From Paramecium tetraurelia (lineage: Eukaryota): 64,000 bases of DNA. A program made the translations under genes and the position numbers. The stretch is taken from NCBI GenBank assembly GCA_000165425.1, contig CT868285.1:248001-312000 (forward strand), in the 5' to 3' direction. Shown here in pieces: positions 53,531 through 64,000 of the stretch; within the stretch, counting starts at the first letter, position 1; every line of letters begins with the position of its first letter. The notes under the pieces were generated by a model, which worked only from the letters and a program-made list of their open reading frames with translations, ran no database searches and was not told where the DNA came from.

Positions 53531-54730
53531 ATGATTCCAATGGATACTTGCAGTTCGAAATAAATGAATTTGAAGTAATTAAGAGATGTGATGTTCCCAC
53601 TTGGATTCATTACTTATGGTGGACCCTTAGCTCATATTAATGTGCTAAGAGAAAGATTTAGGGATTACACCACCGAAGAAGAATTTCAGGAATTATTTGC
53701 ATTATGCTAGACTTTACCTGGTCCAACTTCTACTCAAATGGTAATTGCAGTTGGGGCTAATCTCACACATAGTTGTTTGGGAGGATTGGTTGCATTTCTA
53801 TATTTTAGTATGCCATCTGCTTTTGTAATGATGATACTTGGTCTAACTGTGCCAAATTTATCAATACCTTGGATTTAATTATTGATAAATGGATTTAAAT
53901 ACGCATCAATTGGAGTAATAATAGAGGCAGCCTATAAATTATCGAACGGAGCCATTAAAAATAAATTCCATTTGTTTTTGTGGATTGCAAGTGCAATAAT
54001 AACGACTTTTTTTCCAACCCCTTCAATTGCAGTTTTAATGATAGTTGTTGGAGCCATTTCAAATTATGTATCTGATCGCCAGATTGGATAATAACTCTTA
54101 ATTCCATAAGAAGAACAAGTATAACACAGCTTTGATAGTTGGTTACTGGGATACAGATCGTTGATTGGATACGGAATTGCATTTGTTTTGTTTTTCTTTT
54201 TGTCTTATATTGATTGGATGCCAATTGCAGTATGTAGTAATTTATTCAAAACAGGAAGTCTGGTCATAGGAGGGGGGCATGTCGTTTTACCTATGATACA
54301 ATTTTCTTTATCAAATTATTTGACAACCGAACAGTTTTGGAATGCTTTTGCTTTGGTTTCTTGTATGCCTGGCCCTATGTTCAACATAGCCATATACATT
54401 GGAGCTTTAATCGGAGGTATTCCAATGGCTATTTTGGCAGAAATATTTATGTTTCTTCCTGGATTCTTTACAATATTTGGAATACTGCCTTATTGGAAGA
54501 AGTACAGAGGATTAAGAACTATAAGAGCAGTTTTATAAGGAATAGCAGCAGTTGCAGTTGGATTTATATTAAGTGCAATTGTGCATTTGATTATTAACTC
54601 TTGTAGTTAAGGCATTGTAATTCCTATAGGCATAGGAATTCTCAGTTGTTTATGCCTATATAAAAGTGTTCCAATACCATTTGTAATAATTGGAGGTGGA
54701 TTTATTAATTTATTAGCATAATATAAATGA
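53531..54730 (+). CDS. chrA: Long-chain CHR family (chromate/oxyanion) transporter
   Basis: Intronless, two homologous halves: YGGPLAH..CQTLPGPTSTQ and IGGGHVVLP..SCMPGPMFN..FLPGF; TGA 54728-54730. Confidence 0.92.
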
Positions 54731-54749
54731 TTTATTTATATTTAAATTC

Positions 54750-56559
54750 TCATTATCCACATTATCTCATGATATTTAAACAAACCTCATCCTCCAAAGG
54801 CTTTGAGATAACTTAAATGCCGACTGGTAATCCTGCACTGTGTTTCATAGTTTCTTCTAAAACTTTATATTCAATATCCTTAGCACCAAATAATGATTCT
54901 TCATTGTAATATTGCTCATCCTCCTAAACAGTTGTAATAGGAACTGATCCACAACTGAAATCAATCATATTCCAGAAGAATGTGTAACATATTCCACTAA
55001 AACAATGTTATGCAGTATTATGTTTAACAGCTACTCCAGCAGTCACAGGACTTATGACTGCATCTAATTATAAATCATGCCAAATCTAAATCATTTAAAT
55101 TTGACTTGCTGTTAATTTAGTAGTAATTTGAAGATTCTCATAGTATGATAATCCGTGATCTCCTGCTTTCCAAATCATTAATTCTCTTTTTCGATCCTAT
55201 AATTTCAACCATTTCTAATAGATTTTCTTCCAAAGAGGACATGATTGAGTGGCCTTCTTAAAATTATCAAAATGAGTAATCCATGGTTCTCCTTTGTATA
55301 ATTCATAAGTTCCTTTCATTCCTCCATCACCTAACATCACATCATAAACATGTTAGAAAACATTCTCATAAATACTTTAATCAATGTCAAATTCTATAAC
55401 TGTGTGTCCTTATGCTCTCAATTTCTCTACTGCTATATCTAAGGCTCTTTAATTAACTTTGCAAGGTAAAAGTAGATTGATTTTCCTTAAAACTCCTATC
55501 TTGTATTTCTTATCATTATTATAACACTCCTTCTCATCAAATGTTTTCATCACAAAATTGATGTCTTTTATGTTAATTGGAGCTTACTCATAATTGGTTG
55601 TCAATGCTTACATCATATTCACTAAATTTGGAAAATGTTTAGCTTATATATATTATTGAATTCTTACCCATAGGACCATAACATGATGCTATATTCCTTA
55701 TTCCATCCCATGTTGGAACACCTTTTGCCTAACCTCTCATTATCAACCTTTTTGCACTTGGCTTATATCCATACAAACCACAAAAATGAGAAGGTATTCT
55801 AATACTTCCTCCACTATCACTTCCCAATCCCAAAGGAGAACCATTCACTGCTATCAATCCACCTTCACCTCCTGTTGAACCACCAGAAGTTCTAGAAGGA
55901 TCTTAAGGATGGATTGATCTTCCATATAGATAATTCCAACTTTCATATGAAAATCCAAATTATGGTAAATTGGTTTTTGCAAATATTATTCCTCCTGATT
56001 TATTTATTAAATATCCTTGTATTCCATCTATTTCTGATCTCTTTTAAGCATAAGCACCACAACCGAATGCTTAATATGTTCCTTTAACAATAAATGTGTC
56101 TTTCACACTTATAGGAATTCCAAATAGTGGCATATTGTCAATCTTATAATCCTTATTCTTTAATTCCTAATCTAATTGCCTAGCTTTTTAAATAGCATCT
56201 TCTAAATTTACATCATTCAAATATCCCATTTTGAACCCTTTTTCTAGTGCCACTTCCAAAAATGTTAATAACACATCTAAACAAGTAAACCTTTTAGACT
56301 CATAAAATTTATGAATTTAAGGAATAGAACTATTTAAAATAAGGGTTTTGTCTTCATTAGATAGCTTTAACTCTGTCGATATAACATATCTAGCTTTTAG
56401 AACTTTTTATTGAATCTCTTACGCTACTCTTCTGTATGTTGATTCAAACGGGTTTTAGCCTTTCTTTCTAAAAGCCAACATCAATAAACCAACACCTGCA
56501 GCCATTGATATTGCTTTATATTTGTTTTTAATCAGCCAGTCCTGATTAATTTTAAACAT
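54750..56559 (-). CDS. FAAH: Amidase-signature enzyme, fatty acid amide hydrolase-like
   Basis: N-terminal membrane anchor; [11 protein letters not shown] (catalytic Lys); [40 protein letters not shown]; one intron near 55650. Confidence 0.88.
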
Positions 56560-56682
56560 TATTAAAATAATATTATTATTTCTACACTTTGGCTTCTAAT
56601 TTTGCTAATTATAGATCAAAGTTAATCTAAAATTACTAAATATATTAGATTATACAAAAGATAACTACTAATTTTTATTATT

Positions 56683-57733
56683 ATGAGAAAAATTATTTAT
56701 TAAAAACAATAATAATCACAACAAGGAATATCAAACAAAGAAACAAGATCTATTTCATCCGTGCATTCTCATGGAATCAGTCAATCTAATTACATATTAA
56801 CTTCCAGGCAAACTCCATCAAAATTTCTAATTAAAAAACATATACCAAAACCTGAAGTTCCAAGCCTAAGAATCATTAAAAATTAAACACATAGCTAGTT
56901 TAAGCACGATAATATAAGCATTCAAGATGGATATAGTCCTGGGATTTATTCTTAAAGAACTTCAAGTCAATATTAACCAAATCTTAATAGTTACATGTCT
57001 TCAAAAAGATCAATATACAAATCACGTATTTATTCATTTTTACAGGTATAGAATAAAAACAAAACTATGATTCCTAAGTTTAAATTTATAATAAAGCCTT
57101 GAATTAAATGACTTATAGAAATGATTAAAAAGAACTCATGGATTTTGATAACAGATATTCTAGATGTGCAAGATAGAGAAGACTAAGGGAAATCATTTAG
57201 TTTTTATTAAAAAAGTCCAAAGAATTGCAAATTTCTTTGCAAGATCTTATTGATAATAAAATAACTTAAAATAAGCCTTATTAGCAATAAGGATCATTTG
57301 CATTTTTATTTTATGTAAAAAAAGGAGTAACTGACAAAGTAGAAGAGATGCTGGGAGTAAATCCTTTGTATGTACATGATTTTGATGAAAAAAACATGAC
57401 TGCATTACACACAGCAACCAAGAAATAATCATACATAATGATCAAAATATTGCTGTCATATGGTGCCAACGTTTTGAGCAAAGATTTGAATGGAGAGTCT
57501 GCTCTATCACATGCAATTCAGTCAAATCAGTAAGATATTGTAAAGGTAAACATTCTATATTAATTTAGCTTTTTCTCTCCATATAATGTCCAAATGACCT
57601 TGAGTATCTAAATTACTCAAAAATGGCCAAAAATAAATAAATTAAATGGTTGCTTAAAAATGCGAAGCTTCAAGAATTACGGATTAGATGCTCGAAATTA
57701 ACTTAATTTAATATAAGTAATAATTTGCTATGA
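56683..57733 (+). CDS. Ankyrin-repeat protein
   Basis: MTALHTATKK..ILLSYGANVLSKDLNGESALSHA..DIVK; two introns. Confidence 0.82.
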
Positions 57734-59085
57734 AATTATTGATCAAATATCAACTACTAAATTCTGACTTCTCTTATTTTGTTCTTCTGTAATTAACTTT
57801 CACTTTCTTTTTTTTAAAGTTTTCATTATTTATTTCCATGATTATAATCACATTCCTATAGTGAAATAATTTATTTATGAAATGTATATATATATTAAAA
57901 GTTCTAAATTTTTTAGTGAAGTTAAAGTGAATGTAATATTAAATGTTGAAATTTTGATTAATTAAAAATGAATTTGTTAAAAAATTAGTAATTTGTATTT
58001 TAAATAGGAGATTGTGATGGATTAGAATGCTTATATTATGATCAAAGTATATGAATAATAATTGTTTACATAAATAAATATCATTATCAAATAGAATTCT
58101 AATTATGAATAAATCCTTATGAATAATTAATATACCTTAACAGATTTATTTGTTGTTATTAATATCTACAGAGTTATCAAAATCTATATAAGCATAGAAA
58201 GCATATCAAATTCAAGCTAATTTTAAACATCTTAATAATAATAAAATTTATCATCAAAGAATCCTTTTTGATTTTACATTACCATTTAAGTTTGAAGTTG
58301 AGGAATAAATGTAAATCGCTGCAACTTTGTTTATCTGACGCTTCTTTAAGCTCTTTAAAAACTTAGGATATCTCTTACAATATAGGAAATATATCTACCA
58401 TTTAGCTTTATTATATTTTACTTTTTAAATAGTTTTTGTTGAAATTTCTTCTTTTTTTCTTAAATTTTAAATAAATGTAGGGGAGATTGTAATCAGTTTA
58501 AAGAATTTTTTTCAAATGATAAAATGGAAAATTATTGATTAATTTTCGATGGGTTTGATTATCCTTAAAGTTTAACATATTTATTTGAGAAATCAAAACC
58601 TTCTTGAATTCTGAAAAGAAACTACTAATAATCAAAATTAAATTATATAATTTTTATCAACAATTGAATTATAAAATTTATGAGGAATAAAATTCCTTTG
58701 GATAATAATAAATAAGGTATTTTTAATTTGATTAAACCATAGAAATAGAAAGAAATATTATTATATATATAAAATAAATTCTAGATTTTCTATTATTCTT
58801 CGATATACTTTTTTAATATCAAAAATAAATTATTCCTAATCGCCTTAATTTGGTTTTAAGTATGAGAGATAATCTTTACTCATAGTGATTTAAGTTTAAT
58901 GAAATTTAATATCAAAACTACAATCCTTAATATAAATTTTTGTTAATGTTTTTTAGAAATTCGGAAGTTCTAAAAATTGAATTGCAGGTTCTCATAGATA
59001 ATGATTTAATAAAGTAATATTTTATACAGCGGTTAATGTTGAATAACCTAATTATTTTTAGTATTTTTATGACTATTATATTTAT

Positions 59086-61869
59086 TCATTTAATTGGATG
59101 AACTTAAATTGATCTTTTCATGGATCGTATATTTTATTATTTTTTTCTCATTAAAGCAGAAGACAACCGGCGTTCTTATTGTCGGACTACCATAGACTTT
59201 CTCGGCAAACCTAATCTATTAACATTGAACCTATATTGATTTATGAAATCATAAGGATAGAACAAATATTTTAACAACCCATTCCCGCTAATCAACTAGA
59301 AATAATCTAAACTTTTTGAGGTTTACGTAATGATGTATCTGACTGGATGAATCAACTTCTTAATTACTAAATTGATATTTGCCTTTTAATTAAAGGTCTG
59401 ATATTCCTGCTATTAATCAAGTTCTATTTTATCTTCTAAATTGAGTTTAAGTTCTAAAATTTTGATCAGATATTCAATTTATTAGATGTCCTTTTCAGAA
59501 TATAAGTCCTTATGATGCAATTTATCCTTCAAAGACTTTAAAGTTTGCAGTTCCAATGAAAAGTGTATTCTAATGTCCAAAATATCTTTTTCAGATTTTT
59601 ATTGAGACTTTTGACAGAAATCGAGATAAGATCGGCTTTCCAGATCTTTTATTAAAATCCCCACTGAATCTATGTCCTTTTTGTTTATATATTCTAAGTT
59701 TAAATGCAATAGATTACCTTAGCTTTCATATTAGGTTGTTTCATCTTCAATAATTTGATATTTCTAAAAGAAAATGCTGTCGTTTTTCACTTTGACCATT
59801 TGAGCGGCCTCCTTGATAATTTCTTAATCAGTAGATGCATGGTATAATTGCTTAATTCTGATTGAATTTCTTCTAAATTTTTATCTATCCTAATTTTAAT
59901 AGAAATTAAATTATTTAATGACCTTCTCTCTATCGGGAATATAGTGAACTTGCTTACAAAAATCAGGAGGATGTCTTTTGGATTCGCAAACTGCACACTT
60001 TAATTCTTAATAATTATTGGTTTTGAGATTCCAAAAGGTCTCAAAATCCTATTTATATTTTTGTAATATCATATGAAATTTTGATTTAGGTATTACTAAA
60101 GTGCTGACAAATCCAGAACTTTTATATTCATATTTATAGTTTTTTTAATTATTTAAGAATTCTGTTAATCCAAAAAGTTCATTTGATTTAAAACATCCAA
60201 TTAGTACTTTCTTTTCAAAAGATTTATCGTAAATATCAACCTATCCAGATTCAATTATATGAATGAAATGATCATCCTCATTAAATATATTAATTGTGGA
60301 TGAAGGTTGATAGGCCTAAAATTAAAGGTTTTTTAGGAGCTCATTCAAAAATTCAGTAGAAAAGTTCTTATAAAAGAAGTCACAATTCTTTAGCACAATA
60401 CTGTTTGATTCAACTGCTATTTGTTTTCTTAGATCATCTGATAATTAACTTAAAATTTCTGTTTATTCCTTGGTTTATTATGTTTACTCTTGATACCAAT
60501 AATAATTTAGATACTCTCTTACTTAAAACTGTAATTGATGACTAATCTTTTTATTATGCATGTATTAATTAATGAAGATTAACTTTTTATTAATGATGTC
60601 GTTATTGTTTTTCATTCTAGTCAAAATTTCACCAATTGTATTTAAACTAAATGACAGTTAAAATGTACAAACAAATACAAATAAAAAGGCAAACATTTTT
60701 TCAGATATATCTAAAATACATTGTAAATATTTACTTATTGGATGGATATCACCATATCCCACAGTGTACATAGTTACACTAGTGTAATACATTGATTCTA
60801 TGTATAAATCTGTCCATGAGATGTGTTCCAAGTTGAAAAAGGTAATCCAATTTGAATTTCCCATAAGAAGTTGATACTTTCCAATGATCAACCATATGCA
60901 ACTAAAAATATGCTATATTATAAGCAACAAGCCTATCAATTTAAATAACTCTATTAATGATGATGCTAATTAACCCATTAAGAAGGATTGCTGCCATGAT
61001 CCTATAAAATTTAATAGATTTTTTAACTAAATAAAATATGAGAGCATCCATAACTTAGGCCAACCCCCAAACAATATGAATTAGTGATTAAAATCGAAGT
61101 TGAAATAGGCCATAGCAAAAAGCAAGCAAATTTCCATCAATTCAATTAGGTTGGTAACATGATATTGGTTTTTTACTATTTAATAGCGATCAACGACAGG
61201 TAGACCCTAATCATAATAGATAGTGATGTTTCGTAGTAATAAATCAATTGCAAACACAATCTAGGATATGATAATGATGTAATCATAATCTTCTATCAGT
61301 AATTCGAATGTAATGATGATGGGAATAATATACATAAGGTAGATCCTGAAGACATTTAGGAGGAGATCCCAAATGATTTTGATTTTAAATGATGGATCTA
61401 TCAAGGGTATCTATTCAAATAAGTACAATATTTTTTATTAACAATTTACCAGGCCTTGTCTGTATTGATATCGCAACCTTACAAAGAAATTGACCTCATC
61501 AAGACTTGGATATTGCATAACTGTCTATTTGGCTTTGCCAGAATAAGTGATAAAATCCTTGATGTTGCCCGAACTTTTGTCATTAATGAGGTAGTAATGT
61601 TTGGGTTTAAATGATTGATCTGGTTTAATGTACTTCAATAGTTTTCGAACAAACAATCCGATGTGATAGTATATGATTAACTTTTGAAAGGGTTTGAAAA
61701 CAGCTTAATTGAAACCAGGAATATCAGGACTGGGAGCTTCTATTTTCTTAAGTAAGATAATTGATGACGAGTCGCATTCATTGTTTACTGGGAGATTTTT
61801 GCAGATAGAAGTATCTTATTAGCCGACTGTGTTGATATTATCTAGATGTACGCTATTAAGACTATGCAT
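59086..61869 (-). CDS. Cyclic-nucleotide-binding-domain K+ channel (EAG/KCNH-like, ciliate type)
   Basis: IDPSFKIKIIWD (S1), HIFSCIW (S5), pore TMYTVGYGDIHP, C-linker and CNBD (LFGLTEF), C-terminal KYLFYP; TGA at 59086. Confidence 0.9.
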
Positions 61870-61967
61870 AAATTGAATATAATATTTATAATTTTTACTT
61901 ACAAAACACTTAATAATTAATCCATAACTTTTTTTTGAATTGCGATATTATTGATTTAATTTATAAT

Positions 61968-63490
61968 TCATTCTTTCTCATGTATTAAACCCTTAACAAC
62001 CAAGTAATCAAAAACTCCTGTGACACGTTCTTTGTCTAACTTGAAGTTTTGTAGTGCCTAATCTTTCTTGATGATTCCATTTTTGACTGATTCCCTCACA
62101 AGTACCTCTTTGAGTATCAAATATTCTTATTCAGTTAATCCTAATTTTTGACATAATTAATATTCCTCTTCACAAAATGATGGACCCGACTTATGCTTAT
62201 CCCTTCCCTCCATCAAAGGAATGAACCTGGTTCTTCTTTGCATAAACCTTTATTTTTATGAGTCATAAACAAATGAATCATTTTGTTTTTATCTCCTTTG
62301 ATATTGTTCATCCCTCTTTCTCTTATCAGCCAAATACTCCTCCACCTCTTCAAAAGTCTTCATCCCTAACTTCCTATAGTACCTCAACTCCTCGATCTTA
62401 GCTCTAAGTTACTTTTCCTTGATCAGATTCTAAACTAATCTTTCGTGATCTTCTGGTTTATTGAATCTTGCAAATGGTTTCATTAAGTTATGCAATTCCT
62501 TCTCCTCTTTTGATCTAGATTTATCCTAGATATTCTATTTCTTTAGATTGAGCAAGTCTCTCTCTATAACGAACTTCTTTCTTTTGATTCTCTCGTCCAA
62601 TCTTATGTTGTAAATATCGAGGACTTTTAGCTTCATTTCAATTTCATATGGTTTGTCATCATCATTGAATTCCATTTCTGCCAACAAGAGTTCTGCATCA
62701 TTATCGAATTCAATATCAAAGTCTCCTCTTTTGGGCATAAATCCTACTATTTCCTACCCACTCTAAGAAGACATGTTGGGTGTCAATCGACCAGTTTTGG
62801 TGATATTTTGCTCGTCCTTTATTCTTTTGGGAGCTGTTTATGCTCTTTTTGGCTTGATCAGTTCAAGAGTATCTTAATTTCTTTTGGATAATAGTGGCAT
62901 CTAAAAATATATAAATTATATAAAAACAAACATTTCTAAATTTCCCACTTAAAATTATATCATCATAATGTTGTGCAATTTCTTCCTGTGCTTTTTCTCC
63001 ACCAAGCATCTCAGCTATGTCTTGCCAATTACCAAATCCCTTCTTCTCCAATCCTTCCAGCAACAACAATTCTTCTTCAGCTGTCCAATCCTCTACAAAA
63101 ATGGGAAAATTTAATTTATTTATTATAGAGTAGGAATGACTAATTAAGTGAGATTCTGCAATATAAGAAGTAACCATACCGAATTCTTAGAGGTTTAAAA
63201 AGCAATTCATGCAAATGTCTATCGCATTTGGACAGTCGTTGCACAGAATTCGTGCTTATTTTGTGATATCTTTTTCGCAGTTGTCACAATGCACTTTGTT
63301 ATATGGAAAATAGAGATTCTAATGTAAAAATCAAATAAATACATGATAAATAATTTCTTCTCGATTCCCCTCCTACTCCATCTTTTAGTTCTGATTTTTC
63401 TTTGTCTTCTTTTTTCCGCTACATATCGAACCAATATTTACTTTTCTTTGTCACTCAAGAACTTCCTAAAACTTATATACTATTATACAT
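61968..63490 (-). CDS. ADA2: Transcriptional adapter ADA2 (SAGA HAT module)
   Basis: ZZ finger [65 protein letters not shown]-terminal SWIRM-like region; about five introns. Confidence 0.95.
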
Positions 63491-63886
63491 TTTAATATTG
63501 TGGCAAATATACTGTTTAATTAAAAATAATCAAAGGATAATTGTAAAATTTGTGTTTTTTTAATCAAATTTCAATATGGCACAAATAGAAGCTCAGTGAT
63601 CCAAATTGGCAATCGAAACAATCATAGATGGGCCAGAAGGTAATGCTAAAGAAGGATAAAGATCTTCTAAAAAGAGAACGAGTCCAATCCGTTATTGATG
63701 ATTATAGAAATGGATAAAGATTTAAATTAATATATATGATTTTCTAGTTTTTATTTATTATACCAATATGGACGAACAATTATTGATGGATTTTTTAAAG
63801 CAGAGAAAATTCCTATTATTTTCAGAGGCAATAACATTCTCTAAATTAATGGATATAATACTAGCTGTAATAAACATAATAATTCT

Positions 63887-63964
63887 ATTGATATAAATAT
63901 CTTTAAGAAATAGTTCAATAATTTAATTGATATAAATATCTTTCAAAAATAATTCAATAATTTT
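63887..63964. repeat. 39-bp direct repeat x2
   Basis: attgatataaatatcttt at 63887 and 63926, each followed by near-identical aaata(g/a)ttcaataattt. Confidence 0.75.
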
Positions 63965-64000
63965 CGTGACTATTTAGTTATTCAAATTGTTTTTTTGATG

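Noticed and set aside
57740..59080. Possible gene remnant between the ankyrin and K+ channel genes
   Set aside because: No sustained code-6 frame or motif could be traced on either strand.

Overview
AT-rich, gene-dense ciliate macronuclear DNA, almost certainly Paramecium (aurelia-type). Genes read open only with genetic code 6 (TAA/TAG = Gln, TGA the only stop) and are split by tiny 20-33 nt GT..AG introns, so the supplied standard-code ORF track mostly shows fragments or wrong frames. All gene models were translated by hand and family calls are from motif recognition, not database searches. About 35 protein genes plus one pseudogene were found: four protein kinases (CAMK-like, MYND-finger, PH-like, CK1), a USP, a DSP, an IDH3 regulatory subunit, an Enhancer-of-zeste-like SET protein, a cyclin, ADA2, an epiplasmin, a CHR transporter, an FAAH-like amidase, a CNBD K+ channel, a CTL/SLC44-like transporter, CAP, SIMPL and FHA-RINGv proteins, and several hypotheticals. 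The most unusual elements are a ~3,450-aa secreted protein (51-aa repeat array, TAA-encoded polyQ tract, ten LamG/ConA-like domains), a VHS-(GAT)-alpha-adaptin-ear adaptor, a laforin-like CBM20-DSP with a dead catalytic motif, an H-type-lectin/beta-gamma-crystallin secretory protein, and a decayed trichocyst matrix protein gene. No CRISPR array, rRNA, tRNA, telomeric repeat or transposon was recognised.
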